Assembly: GCA_963678065.2 (NCBI GenBank)
Contig: CAXXVZ010000004.1
Location: 32,001 to 96,000 of the forward strand
Direction: 5' to 3'
Length of the DNA stretch: 64,000 nucleotides
DNA from: Treponemataceae bacterium
Lineage (GTDB): Bacteria > Spirochaetota > Spirochaetia > Treponematales > Rectinemataceae
Positions 1 through 10,135 of the stretch are shown in pieces. The notes under the pieces were generated by a model that was given only the letters and a program-made list of their open reading frames with translations, did no database searches and was not told the DNA's origin. Both the position numbers and the translations under genes were made by a program. Each line of letters starts with the position of its first letter. Position 1 is the first letter of the stretch.

Positions 1-2
1 TA

Positions 3-797
3 GGCATCGCCGAGCAATCGCTTTCGAGCATCTCGGCGGGCCTTTCAGCTGTCGGCAAAGTACCATTCTGCCACAGCTTCGCGTCCTTCGCCTCCCGGCG
101 CATGTGCGACCAGAACTACATCTCCTGCGCCTACGGGCAGAACAACGTGAAGATCGTAGGCACCGACCCTGCGATTTCGGCGGGTGAGAACGGCGGCACG
201 CACCAGGCCAACGAGGATCTCGCCCTGTTCCGACCCATCGCGGGCATCACGATCATCGAGCCCACCGACGTCGCGCTGATGACCTGGGCTATCCAAAAGG
301 CGGCACAGAAGCACGGCGTGTTCTACATCCGGGTGCAGCGCGTCGGCAACGTGAAGATCTACGAGGAGGGCTCGACCTTCGAGCTCGGCGTGGCCAACCT
401 CGTGCGCGAAGGCAAGGATGCGACCTTGATCGCGACCGGGAACCTCATGCTGAAGACCTGTCTCGAGGCGCGGGAACTTCTTGCGAAGGAGGGCTTCTCC
501 GTTCGCGTGATCGACATGTTCACCGTGAAGCCCATCGACGCCGAATGCATCCTGAAGTGCGCCGCTGAAACCGGGGCCATCGTGACGGCGGAGAATCACA
601 ATATCGTCGGCGGCCTCGGGAGTGCCGTCGCCGAAGTCCTCGCGGAAGGCGCCTGCGGAGCGCCACTGAGGCGCATTGGGGTACCTGACCGCTTCGGCGA
701 AGTGGGCACGACGGACGAACTCCAGCGGGCCATGCACATGACCGCGGAAGACGTGGCCGACGCGGCGAAAAAGGCGATCGCGGCCAAGAAGCGCTGA
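3..797 (+). CDS. Split transketolase, C-terminal (pyrimidine-binding) subunit; 5' end truncated by the window
   Basis: Frame open from nt 3 (GIAEQ...); motifs FASRR..DQ, GTDP..NGGTH, IDMFTVKPID, AENHNIVGGLGSAV, GVPDRFGEVG. Confidence 0.92.
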   Translation, partial: GIAEQSLSSISAGLSAVGKVPFCHSFASFASRRMCDQNYISCAYGQNNVKIVGTDPAISAGENGGTHQANEDLALFRPIAGITIIEPTDVALMTWAIQKAAQKHGVFYIRVQRVGNVKIYEEGSTFELGVANLVREGKDATLIATGNLMLKTCLEARELLAKEGFSVRVIDMFTVKPIDAECILKCAAETGAIVTAENHNIVGGLGSAVAEVLAEGACGAPLRRIGVPDRFGEVGTTDELQRAMHMTAEDVADAAKKAIAAKKR

Positions 798-827
798 AGC
801 GCCGAGGCGCTTCGAATGCGCGAGAAC

Positions 828-865
828 AGGCGCCGCCGGATCGAATCGGGCGGCGCTTGCTTTTT
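828..865 (+). terminator. Putative intrinsic terminator or hairpin after the transketolase gene
   Basis: AGGCGCCGCC / GGCGGCGCTT stem followed by GCTTTTT. Confidence 0.55.
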
Positions 866-912
866 CCCCGCCCGAATAGCCGCGCGCAGATGCCATGACT
901 GAGAGGAGAGAC

Positions 913-2052
913 ATGATGGACCTGTTTTGTGTGAAGCCTAAGATTTGCTATTTCCAAAGTTTCATCGAGTTCCTGAGGGAGTTCAGGCTTTCCGGGACTG
1001 ACCTCATCTTGACCGAATCGATCATTTTCGACAGGTACATCAAGCCGCTCGGTCTTCCCAGCAATGTCATTTTGAAGGACCACTACGATCAAGGCGAGCC
1101 GAACGACGAGACGATCGACCGTATCTTCTCTGATACGGCGGGCATCACGATCGAGCGCATCGTGGCGATCGGTGGGGGCAGCGTCATAGACATTGGCAAA
1201 ATGATGATGATTCGCGGCGCATACCCCTTCCGCGACGTCGCCTCAGGCAAGACGCCGATCGAAACCGACAAGACTCTCATTGTTATTCCAACGACTTGCG
1301 GAACCGGCAGCGAGGTTACCAATGGCGGTATAGTGACGATGAAGGAAACCGGCCTCAAGACGGGAATAATGAGCGAAAAGCTCACGGCAAGCTTCGCAGT
1401 GCTGATACCTGAGCTCCTTGATGGACTGCCTCACAAGGTTTTCATGTACTGCTCCGTGGACGCTCTCAGCCATTCGATAGAGTCCTTCCTTTCGCCGACC
1501 CGCGGCAACGAAATGGCGAGGGCTGTCGGGGCGCGGAGCATAGAGCTGATTCTCGGCGGCTATGCTGACATGATCCGCGATGGGCAGGGAGCCCGGAAGA
1601 GCCTGCACGGCGATTTCATAATCGCGAGCTGCCTCGGCGGAATGGCAGTGAACAACGGGGGTGCAGGCCCGGTCCACGCCCTCGCCTATCCCCTGGGCGA
1701 GAAGTACAAGATGTCGCACGGTGAGTCAATATACCAGTTCCTTACTGCCGTTCTGCAGCTCTATCTTGAAGCCAAGCCCGAGGGCGAGATCCTGCGGAGG
1801 CTCGTCGCGCTCATCCGCGCGCCTCTCGAGAAGGCCGGCTTTCCGATACGCGGCGGTGACGCGTTCAGTCGGCTCGAGGAGATGCTCAACGCGGTCTATC
1901 CCGCGCGGAGGCTCCACGAGTGCGGCATGATCGAGGACGAGATCGGGATTTTCGCAGAGAGTGTCATGCGGACCAAACAGAGGTTGATCATTGCAAGCTA
2001 CATACCTTTCACCGAAGAGCACGCGAAGATCGTTTACAGGCGGCGCTACTGA
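913..2052 (+). CDS. Iron-containing alcohol dehydrogenase (4-hydroxybutyrate dehydrogenase-like)
   Basis: AIGGGSVIDIGK, IPTTCGTGSEVT, DALSHSIE, VHALAYPLG..SHGES; RBS GAGGAG before ATG 913. Confidence 0.88.
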   Translation: MMDLFCVKPKICYFQSFIEFLREFRLSGTDLILTESIIFDRYIKPLGLPSNVILKDHYDQGEPNDETIDRIFSDTAGITIERIVAIGGGSVIDIGKMMMIRGAYPFRDVASGKTPIETDKTLIVIPTTCGTGSEVTNGGIVTMKETGLKTGIMSEKLTASFAVLIPELLDGLPHKVFMYCSVDALSHSIESFLSPTRGNEMARAVGARSIELILGGYADMIRDGQGARKSLHGDFIIASCLGGMAVNNGGAGPVHALAYPLGEKYKMSHGESIYQFLTAVLQLYLEAKPEGEILRRLVALIRAPLEKAGFPIRGGDAFSRLEEMLNAVYPARRLHECGMIEDEIGIFAESVMRTKQRLIIASYIPFTEEHAKIVYRRRY

Positions 2053-2053
2053 C

Positions 2054-2920
2054 ATGGGCGGCAGCGCGACGGATTCGAACAATACGGGCGGCGCAGGCGA
2101 CGTGTACCGGTTCGGGATCTGCGAATGGACCCTACCGGCCTGCGGCGCCGCCGCGGTAGAACTCGCGGGCCAAGCCGGCTTCGAAGGGATACAGCTTGGC
2201 GATCTAGGAGGCTCGGCAAAGAGGTACCCCCTGTGTGACGAGAGAGTCCAGGCCGAAATACTCGAAGCCTCAGCCCACACAGGCGTGGAACTTCAGGCCC
2301 TTCACCTCCATACCCTCGTGCGCGAAGGCGGCATGATCCATCCAGCAGGCACTCAAGAAGGGCAATCCGCGATGGAGAGCATCCGCAGGGGCGTCGAATC
2401 CTGCCGCGCTCTGGGGATACCGGTCCTCATGCTCACCTCGGGCTTCGCATGCGAGATCCGCGACGAGGAAGGCTTCTTCGCCTTCTCTCGGATGCTCACC
2501 TACGCCTGCGACATCGCGGACGATTCAGGCGTGCGGATTGTCTTTGAGAGCATCCTCGGAGTACCCGACATCCTCAGGATGCGCCGGGCTACCGGCGGTA
2601 GGATGAGGATCTGCTACGATACCTTCAACATGATACGATTCGGCAGGGGCAATCCCCTCGAGGACCTCGCGCGTCTGGAACCGGACGACATCGACCATTT
2701 CCACCTGAAGGACGCCCCGCCCGACCTGAAGGGTTGTGTCCTCCTGGGCCGGGGCTGTGGCTGCTTCGACGAAGTCGCGCGCAGAATCTGCGAGACAGGC
2801 TTCTCCGGCTGGCTTGTTTCGGAAAACTACTACGCCCAGCCGCCCCTCTGCGAGGGCGGCGATCCCGTCACGCTCGCCCGCCTCGACGCTGAGATGATGA
2901 GGGCCAGCTTCAGGAACTGA
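2054..2920 (+). CDS. Sugar phosphate isomerase/epimerase (xylose isomerase-like TIM barrel)
   Basis: AGFEGIQL, FES, CYDTFN, HFHLKD, LGRG, GFSGWLVSEN; ATG 1 nt after the upstream stop. Confidence 0.8.
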   Translation: MGGSATDSNNTGGAGDVYRFGICEWTLPACGAAAVELAGQAGFEGIQLGDLGGSAKRYPLCDERVQAEILEASAHTGVELQALHLHTLVREGGMIHPAGTQEGQSAMESIRRGVESCRALGIPVLMLTSGFACEIRDEEGFFAFSRMLTYACDIADDSGVRIVFESILGVPDILRMRRATGGRMRICYDTFNMIRFGRGNPLEDLARLEPDDIDHFHLKDAPPDLKGCVLLGRGCGCFDEVARRICETGFSGWLVSENYYAQPPLCEGGDPVTLARLDAEMMRASFRN

Positions 2921-2931
2921 GGGCCGGTCCG

Positions 2932-3750
2932 TCAGTGTATGAAGGTGCCGCCGTTCACGAGGAGCGTCTGGCCGATCGTATAGGCGCTTGCGTCTGAGGC
3001 GAGGAAGGCCACCGCGTTAGCTATCTCCCAGGGTGTTCCCAGCCTTTTCAGCGGAGTCCGCGCCACCATCTCATCCAAAGCCGACTTGGCGTACCTGGCC
3101 GCTTTCGAATTCCGATCGGCGCTCGATTCCATTCTTTCCATCCTCGTCGTCCTCGTGAGGCCGGGGGCAACGCAATTCACCCTTATCCCGGCTGGCGCGA
3201 GTTCGACGGCGAGACTTCTGGAGAAAGCGATGACACCGCCCTTGCCCGCGCTGTACATTGTCGACCCCGGCAAGCCCGCCGTCACTCCCGCCTCGGATAC
3301 GATATTCACGATAGCGCCGCTTCCCTGTTTCAGCATGGACCGGAGCACGGCCCTTGTACAGCGGATAGTCCCGTTTAGGATGATGTTGAGCTCGGGGGAA
3401 AAATCTTCGTCCTCCCCGAAGTCCTGGAAGAGTTTCCGCGTCGTCGGATCTCCATCAACATAGACTATGCCCGCATTATTGACGAGTATGTCGATCTTTC
3501 CAAAGCGCTCGATCGTCTGGGCGACCATCGCCCTTATCTCATCCGGATTCGTCACATCGGTTTTCACCGCAAGGGATCCCACGCCCAACGACAAGGCTAT
3601 GTCGGCGACAACCCGGGCTTCTTGGAAATCCAAATCGCTCACCACCACATCAGAACCTTCGCCTGCAAGGGTGAGCGCTGTCGCTTTTCCGATTCCCCTC
3701 GCCGCTCCGGTGATCACCGCTACCTTCCCTTTCAGTTTAAGATCCATCAT
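2932..3750 (-). CDS. SDR family oxidoreductase (FabG-like)
   Basis: TGAARGIG, NNAG, YSAGK, IRVNCVAPG; RBS GAGGAGG. Confidence 0.92.
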   Translation of the reverse strand: MMDLKLKGKVAVITGAARGIGKATALTLAGEGSDVVVSDLDFQEARVVADIALSLGVGSLAVKTDVTNPDEIRAMVAQTIERFGKIDILVNNAGIVYVDGDPTTRKLFQDFGEDEDFSPELNIILNGTIRCTRAVLRSMLKQGSGAIVNIVSEAGVTAGLPGSTMYSAGKGGVIAFSRSLAVELAPAGIRVNCVAPGLTRTTRMERMESSADRNSKAARYAKSALDEMVARTPLKRLGTPWEIANAVAFLASDASAYTIGQTLLVNGGTFIH

Positions 3751-3871
3751 GCACCTCCTCGCGGTATCGCCGACGCGCACAACTTCTTAGAGCATCCCAT
3801 CAGCGCCGGAGAAAGAGAAGCGGGGCGCCACTCTCTCACCGGTTCCTTGGCGAGCGCGGGAGTTGTCCAGC

Positions 3872-4372
3872 TTATTTCTTGTAGTATTCCTTAGCCTTAG
3901 GGCCGCCCACCACGCTCCCGCACTCGAGCATGATACCAAGCAGTGAGTTCAGGTTGTACATTGCATAGAGCTTTCCCTGGATTTCACCGTTTGTCATCGG
4001 CACGATGCCTTTTTCCTCCATTGTGCGGATGAAGCCTTCCCTGTCCTCGAGCTTGATGTTGATGTGGTGAATCCCCTCGCCCGAGCTGTTAAGAAAATCG
4101 GAAAAGGGATCCCCTCCCTTCTTTTCCAGGGGTTCGATCAGCTCGAACTCCAGGTCGCAGAGGTTGAACTTGGCGATGCGGATCCAGAACTCAGCGGGTT
4201 TCCCCATGTAATTGTTCGTAAAAAGCCCCGATCCAGCCAGGTCTTTCGTACACTTGTAGGTGATCGTGCTCTCGTCGATCTCGAAGAGCTCTTTCCAATT
4301 CTTGATCTTCTCGTCGATGTCCCTAACGACCATACCAATCTGGAATATGCACTCGACCCTAGTCTTTTTCAT
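3872..4372 (-). CDS. VOC/glyoxalase family protein (methylmalonyl-CoA epimerase-like)
   Basis: QIGMVVRDID, FELIEP, GEGIHHI, MLE metal-site pattern. Confidence 0.82.
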   Translation of the reverse strand: MKKTRVECIFQIGMVVRDIDEKIKNWKELFEIDESTITYKCTKDLAGSGLFTNNYMGKPAEFWIRIAKFNLCDLEFELIEPLEKKGGDPFSDFLNSSGEGIHHINIKLEDREGFIRTMEEKGIVPMTNGEIQGKLYAMYNLNSLLGIMLECGSVVGGPKAKEYYKK

Positions 4373-4385
4373 GAGCCTCGATCTC

Positions 4386-5684
4386 CTACTTCGCCAGATT
4401 CGGCAGGAACATTGCGATGATCGGGAATAGCAGCAGCAAGAGGACATGGAGCGTATCGGATCCAAGGAAGGGCCACAGATTCTTGAAAACCTTGCCCTGC
4501 GGAACCTTCGCCATACCGGATACCACCATGGCGCTGAGGCCCAGGGGCGGGGAGATGCCGCCGATCGTGATCATCCTGCAGCAGATTATCCCGAACCAGA
4601 CGAGATCGTAGCCCTGCTGGACGACGATAGGCGCCAGGATCGGAACAGTGGTCCACAGCATGGCGTTCTCGTCCATCGCGGTGCCGAGGACGATGTAAAG
4701 GAGGATGATGAAGCCCATGATGGCAATGGGCGGGACGTTCATGCGCCCGATCAGGTTGGCGAGCTCCGTGGGGATGTTTGTCGCGGCAAAAAAGCTCGTC
4801 AGCAGTTTGGCGCCAATCAGCATGGCGTAGATCATTCCGGTCATCTTGATCGTCGATTTCAGCGCCTCGACGATCTTCGACCAGTTGAGCCGACCGCGCA
4901 GGAGCGGGATCACAAGGGCTCCGAAGGCGCCGAAGGCGCCGCCTTCGGTCGGAGTGAACCAGCCGACTGTGAGGCCCACGAGGACGAGGCCGAACAGTAC
5001 CCAGACCTCAAGGCTCACGCCGAAGGCCTTAAACCTGTCGGCGAGGGAGAACTTGGGTCCCCTGGGTCCTTTCTCTGGATGGAGGTAGCAGATGATCCTG
5101 ATGGTGATGATGTAGAAGACGGCCTGCAGGATTCCGGGGATATAGCCGGCCAGGAAAAGCTTCGCGATGGAGGTCTGTGTCACGATTCCGTACATGATCA
5201 ACATCGCGCTGGGCGGGATGAGCAGGCCCAGTGTGCCGCCAGCCGCGAGGCTCGCGGATGCGAGCCCTTCGTCGTAGTTCGCCTTCTTCATTTCAGGAAG
5301 CGCCACGAGGCCGATGGTGGACGTCGTCGCGATGACCGAGGCACTCACCGTGCCGAAGGCGGCGCAGCCACCGATCGTCGCCATAGAGAGACCGCCGGGC
5401 AGGTGTCCGAGCCAGGCCCGCGCGGTGTAGTAGAGCTTCTCGCCCATGCCCGAGACGAACAGGAGGTTCGCCATCAGGAGGAACATGGGCAAGGCCGCGA
5501 GATCGTAGCTCGTGAGCATGTCGAACGGCACCGCCCCGGCCTTGACCAGCGCCGCCGGAAGCCCGAGGAGGAACCAGATGCCGCCCAGGGAGACCACTAT
5601 CATGTTGATGACGAGCGGCAATCCTGCGGCGAGGAATACGCAGAAGACGATCATCCCCAGAATGCCAACTTCGATGGGGCTCAT
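4386..5684 (-). CDS. dctM: TRAP transporter large permease
   Basis: Hydrophobic; AAGGTLGLLIPPS, FTPTEGGA, ISPPLG; true start MSPIEVG overlaps the dctQ stop. Confidence 0.92.
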   Translation of the reverse strand: MSPIEVGILGMIVFCVFLAAGLPLVINMIVVSLGGIWFLLGLPAALVKAGAVPFDMLTSYDLAALPMFLLMANLLFVSGMGEKLYYTARAWLGHLPGGLSMATIGGCAAFGTVSASVIATTSTIGLVALPEMKKANYDEGLASASLAAGGTLGLLIPPSAMLIMYGIVTQTSIAKLFLAGYIPGILQAVFYIITIRIICYLHPEKGPRGPKFSLADRFKAFGVSLEVWVLFGLVLVGLTVGWFTPTEGGAFGAFGALVIPLLRGRLNWSKIVEALKSTIKMTGMIYAMLIGAKLLTSFFAATNIPTELANLIGRMNVPPIAIMGFIILLYIVLGTAMDENAMLWTTVPILAPIVVQQGYDLVWFGIICCRMITIGGISPPLGLSAMVVSGMAKVPQGKVFKNLWPFLGSDTLHVLLLLLFPIIAMFLPNLAK

Positions 5685-6241
5685 TTGTTCCACTCCTTCC
5701 TGATGGCCAACCAGGCTTTGCTGGCGACGATGGTCGTCCAGAGGAGCAGCCCGATCACGAACAGAATCCTGAATGGGATGTAGTTGATCCGCAGCGCGGC
5801 CGAATACTCGCCCACGGCGAAGCAGTCTATCACCTGGGATGCCGAACTCCAGACGAGGACGCCGAGGACGGCGATGTACAGGAGCTGGTTGAATATGAAG
5901 AGTATGATCCTGGGAACCTTGGGGAGCCTGCTGACGATGCCGTCCGACGAGATGTGGCTGGCGCATCGCTCGGTGTAGCTGAACGCGAAGGTCACAGCCA
6001 GGATCATGCTGACCTCGGTTATCTCGTAGAGGCCGATGATGACTTTGCCAGTGAGGGTCCGCCTGATGACATTGGCGGAGATGAGAAGCACGCCCGCGGA
6101 TAAGCCTATTCCTGACAGGACGGCGCCCCAGCCCGCAAGCCTATACAGGACACGCAACAGAGGATTTACCTCCGTATCTTCCTGCAACCCTTCGTACTTG
6201 TCGATGATTTCTAGCACATCCTGCTGATCAGGCACTTCCAT
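5681..6241 (-). CDS. dctQ: TRAP transporter small permease
   Basis: Four TM segments, ANVIRR and HISSD motifs; lies between dctP and dctM. Confidence 0.85.
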   Translation of the reverse strand: MEVPDQQDVLEIIDKYEGLQEDTEVNPLLRVLYRLAGWGAVLSGIGLSAGVLLISANVIRRTLTGKVIIGLYEITEVSMILAVTFAFSYTERCASHISSDGIVSRLPKVPRIILFIFNQLLYIAVLGVLVWSSASQVIDCFAVGEYSAALRINYIPFRILFVIGLLLWTTIVASKAWLAIRKEWNK

Positions 6242-6340
6242 GTAACCCTCCTGGGAATCGTGTACGCACTTCAATCTGTACTTCCATCGCGGCGCAGCCT
6301 GTCGGCGTGCCACGACGGAAGCACAAGTCTTTTTTTCCGA

Positions 6341-7453
6341 TTACTGGTACCTGAATTCCTTCCAGACGTCTTCGTAGGTGAGGCCTTTGTCATTGTACTC
6401 CGCGATGAGATCGCGCAACTGTTTTAAAATCCTCGTGCCGGGCAGTCCCTGGTCGTTGAGCCGTTTGGCGGTGACTTCGGCGACAGGAGCCCAGAGCGCG
6501 TCCCACTTTGCCTTCTCCGCTGGGGACTGGGCAAGAAGTACGACGCCGGCCTTTCTAGCGGCCTCTTCGCCCTTCCTGGTGGCGCTCATCTGCGCCTCAA
6601 GGGCGAACTTATTCCACTCCGTATAGCTTTCTACGATGAGCTTCTGGAGGTCAGCCGGGAGTTTGTTGAAGGAAGCCTTGTTCCACATGCGGTTTGTGCT
6701 CGCGGTGACAGGCGGGGCGTAGAGGCTCTGGTACTTTAAAACCTCATAGAACCTGAATGAGTACACAGCCTCGTAGGGGCAGATGTTTCCCTGAACTATG
6801 TTCTTCTGCATCATCAGGTAGGCCTCGCCCATGGGAACGGTGACAGGCTGGGCGCCGACGGCCTTGAGGACGTCCACGCTCGCGACCGAGGTTCGAATGC
6901 TCAGTCCCCTGAGATCTTCCACGCCGTTGATCGGCTTTTTCGTGGTCCACATGAAGAAGGGCTGAGCCATTTCATGGACCTGGATCGGGATCGTGTTGGC
7001 GGGATATTCCGCCTGGAGTTCGGGGGTGGACCAGAAGAACTTGTTGTGGATGAGAAGCGCTGCGGGGGTGTTGTTGCTGCCCGCCATCATGTTCCGCTCG
7101 TCCCTGAAGATCGGGAAGCCGGTTTTGCCGTAGGCGGGATCCGTGTAGCCCAGGTCGGCCACGCCTCGGGCTATTTCCATGGGACCATTCTCGTTGCTAA
7201 TCAGAGTCGCTCCCCAGTAGCGCTGGAACTTGATCCGTCCATTGGAAATCTTCTCGACATAGTTCATCCACTGCTCGTCTGCCGCCGCGTAGGGATGAGG
7301 CGGGGTCTGGATGGACGCGAACTTGAGGGTGATCACGTCCGCAGCGAAGACTGAAACCGCTGGAAGCAGTATCATGGCCAGGATCATCAGCAAGACCAGA
7401 ATGCCCTTGCGCCCGAGAGTACTCCGGATCATCGATCGACTAGAATTCCTCAT
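6341..7453 (-). CDS. dctP: TRAP transporter substrate-binding protein
   Basis: Signal peptide; SNGRIKF, KKPINGVEDLRGLSIR, GAQPVTVPMGEAY, FNKLPADLQ. Confidence 0.9.
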   Translation of the reverse strand: MRNSSRSMIRSTLGRKGILVLLMILAMILLPAVSVFAADVITLKFASIQTPPHPYAAADEQWMNYVEKISNGRIKFQRYWGATLISNENGPMEIARGVADLGYTDPAYGKTGFPIFRDERNMMAGSNNTPAALLIHNKFFWSTPELQAEYPANTIPIQVHEMAQPFFMWTTKKPINGVEDLRGLSIRTSVASVDVLKAVGAQPVTVPMGEAYLMMQKNIVQGNICPYEAVYSFRFYEVLKYQSLYAPPVTASTNRMWNKASFNKLPADLQKLIVESYTEWNKFALEAQMSATRKGEEAARKAGVVLLAQSPAEKAKWDALWAPVAEVTAKRLNDQGLPGTRILKQLRDLIAEYNDKGLTYEDVWKEFRYQ

Positions 7454-7562
7454 CTTCTTCCTCCTTGGTACTTGAAATGCAGAGGCATTCCTATGAACAC
7501 CTCACGATCTACCACGGCATCACGCCGCATATCGCACCTTCAATGGACCATCCATCCGCCAA

Positions 7563-8612
7563 CTACTCGTTGGGATGAATAATCACCTTCACAGCGGTCT
7601 TGTCCGTCTTATTGACCTCGAGGGCTTTGAAATAGTCATCGAGGGGAAACATATGCGAGACCATGTTGTCAAGCTTGACCTTCCCGTTCGCGATGTACTC
7701 GATCGCTTGCGGAAAGCAATAGGTCTGAGCCGAGCAGGAAATATACTGTTGCTCCCTATAGTGAAGCTGATTGAGCATGCCCGACGTGATATCGAGGGTT
7801 TCAGCAGAATGGAAGCTACCGTATTGCAGGTACCTGCCTCCCTTGCGCAGGAACTTGAAGAGGCTCTTCACCATCGGCCAGGACCCGGCTGAATCGATCA
7901 CGGCGTCGACGCCGTGGGGGAACATCTGGGCAATTGCCTTCTCGTGCACCGAGAAATCATCGCGCGCGGCCAGGATCGCAGGCACCCCACAGGCCGCGAG
8001 CCAGTCAAGTCTGTCCTGTCTGAGGCCGATAGCCGCCACTTTCTCGGCGTCGGAGAGATGCGCCAATTGGGATAGTATGAGCCCGTGAGGGCCCATACCG
8101 GTTACAAGGATGTTCTCGCCGAGCTTGGGCTTCAAAAGCTTCATCGCATGGACCGCGCAGGCGACCGGTTCGGTGATGGTCGCGTTATCGAAGGAAATAT
8201 GATCGGGTATCGCGAAGACCTTGGACTTCTCGACGAGGACATATTGCGCGAAACCGCCGTTGATATTATGGCCGAGCGAGCCGAAGTTTTCGCAGTAGAG
8301 CGAGTTGTCGTGCTGGCACTCGTAGCAGTCGCCACAGAGCACGGTATTGTCCGCCGTGACCCTGTCTCCTGTCTTCACCTTCGTGACGTTTTTGCCTATC
8401 TCCTCGACGTAGCCGGCGAACTCATGCCCAGGGACTACAGGATACTTCGCCAGGCCGGTACCCGTCGTGTCGTGGCCGATCTCAGCCCACTTGCAGATGC
8501 CGGCGGCCATCACTTTGATGATCACCTGATCGTCTCCGCAGGTGGGGTACGGGATATGACGGACGCTTCCCTTGCCGGGCGCATCGTAGACTAAAGCTTT
8601 CATCACTCGCAT
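7563..8612 (-). CDS. Zinc-dependent alcohol/polyol dehydrogenase (MDR family)
   Basis: GIC, PGHEFAG, CGDCYEC..C structural Zn site, GGFAQY, EPVACAVH. Confidence 0.9.
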   Translation of the reverse strand: MRVMKALVYDAPGKGSVRHIPYPTCGDDQVIIKVMAAGICKWAEIGHDTTGTGLAKYPVVPGHEFAGYVEEIGKNVTKVKTGDRVTADNTVLCGDCYECQHDNSLYCENFGSLGHNINGGFAQYVLVEKSKVFAIPDHISFDNATITEPVACAVHAMKLLKPKLGENILVTGMGPHGLILSQLAHLSDAEKVAAIGLRQDRLDWLAACGVPAILAARDDFSVHEKAIAQMFPHGVDAVIDSAGSWPMVKSLFKFLRKGGRYLQYGSFHSAETLDITSGMLNQLHYREQQYISCSAQTYCFPQAIEYIANGKVKLDNMVSHMFPLDDYFKALEVNKTDKTAVKVIIHPNE

Positions 8613-8647
8613 GCGCTAATCTCCTCAGAGATGATTGATGATTTGGC

Positions 8648-9097
8648 TTATACGAGCCTTTCGAGTTCATCCGCTGGTATATCGTATTGGTCAATGCGGG
8701 ATTGCGCTCCCGAAGCGGATACAAGGAGCATATTCGAGCATGGCGAATCCTCGCCCGTGCGGATGAAGAACTTGGCATCGGCAGCCAGGTCCCTAAAGTT
8801 CTCGAAACTTGCATAGGTAAGGTCTTGGCGCCTAAAGACGGCCTTCACCGCGGTATCGAGCCTTGGATTCGACTTCGGCGCGGTGTCCATGAGCGTTACG
8901 CTCTGGACGATGACTTCGCCGCAAATCGCCTTGAGCGTCTGCATGAATCCCGGTACTCCGCGCGTGAGAGCGAGGTCGATTTTGCGGGCATTTTTCGGGA
9001 TCGGGAAGCCTATATCGCAAATGACGAACGAGTCAAAATGGCCGAGACGGGTTACTTCGAACATTAACGCCGCGTTTAGAATTCCGTGCTTCTTCAT
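8648..9097 (-). CDS. rbsD: D-ribose pyranase / RbsD-FucU family mutarotase
   Basis: MKKHGILN, LGHFD, CDIGFPIP, IDLAL, IRTGE. Confidence 0.88.
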   Translation of the reverse strand: MKKHGILNAALMFEVTRLGHFDSFVICDIGFPIPKNARKIDLALTRGVPGFMQTLKAICGEVIVQSVTLMDTAPKSNPRLDTAVKAVFRRQDLTYASFENFRDLAADAKFFIRTGEDSPCSNMLLVSASGAQSRIDQYDIPADELERLV

Positions 9098-9201
9098 CAG
9101 GAGTCATTCCCCTCGCTGAAGGAGCGCGAACCGACGTCTACGCGATCTTGCGCTTGCCCGAGACTCGCGGCGCGGAGCGGCCCACCCGCGCCTATATCCG
9201 C

Positions 9202-9951
9202 TCAGGGCCCCGCTATCGTGATCTCGACGCCTGCGGCCTTGAGATTGGCCAGAAGGACTTTGTCCGTGATGGGGCGCGAGGTGATCAATTGGTGTATCTG
9301 ATCGAAGCGCGCAAAGAGGACGACCGCCGATACGTTGAATTTGCTCGAATCGCACAATAGCACGACGCGCTTCGCGGATTTTATCATCGCTTTCTTGATG
9401 CTCGCCGAAAAAGGCGATACGCAGGTGAGGCCGTTTTTCGGGTCGATACCCGTCGTTGACAGGAACAGCGTTGAGGCCTGGATATTGCTGAGGAAATGCT
9501 CGGCATCCGGGCCGATGATCGTCTGTTGCCTGCCGATGAGCACGCCGCCCGTCAAGATGGTCGTCACATCGGTTACGGCGAAGGTGTTCGCTATCGCTAT
9601 GGAATTCGTGATTACCGTCAAATCCTTCTTGCTTACCAGTTGGTTCGCCAGGGAGAGTGTCGTCGTGCCGGAATCCAGGATGATCGACATCCCATCCTCT
9701 ATGAGCTTGGCTGCACATTTGGCTATCGCCATCTTTTCGTCCGAGAACAGGATATTTCTCGTGGGGAAGGGATTGACGATCTTCGCGGCCCCATGCGTGC
9801 GCATGATGGCGCCTGACTTCTCCAGATAGGAGAGATCTCGCCGAATGGTCGCTGGAGTCACATTGAAGCGCTTGATGATGTCTTCCACCCTCATTGAGGT
9901 CTCGAGGCTCAACATCTTGATGATTTCCTGGCGTCGCAGTTCTGTACTCAA
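9202..9951 (-). CDS. DeoR/GlpR family transcriptional regulator
   Basis: TIRRDLSYLE..RTHGAA HTH, LDSGTTT, VITNS, DSSKF; probable TTG start after AGGGAG. Confidence 0.92.
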   Translation of the reverse strand: MSTELRRQEIIKMLSLETSMRVEDIIKRFNVTPATIRRDLSYLEKSGAIMRTHGAAKIVNPFPTRNILFSDEKMAIAKCAAKLIEDGMSIILDSGTTTLSLANQLVSKKDLTVITNSIAIANTFAVTDVTTILTGGVLIGRQQTIIGPDAEHFLSNIQASTLFLSTTGIDPKNGLTCVSPFSASIKKAMIKSAKRVVLLCDSSKFNVSAVVLFARFDQIHQLITSRPITDKVLLANLKAAGVEITIAGP

Positions 9952-10135
9952 ATCTGCTACTCCCTGTATATAGTAATGTACAGATAGCAAATGTTACCAT
10001 CATACGCTCCAAATGACAATCATTAGTCAACCATACCTGATTCTTTCATCCCATTCCTCTTGATATGAAAAAGAAAAGTATCATATCAAGGCTGCTCTCT
10101 GGTCCACATCGCACAGATCTACTGAGTCGAAGTGG

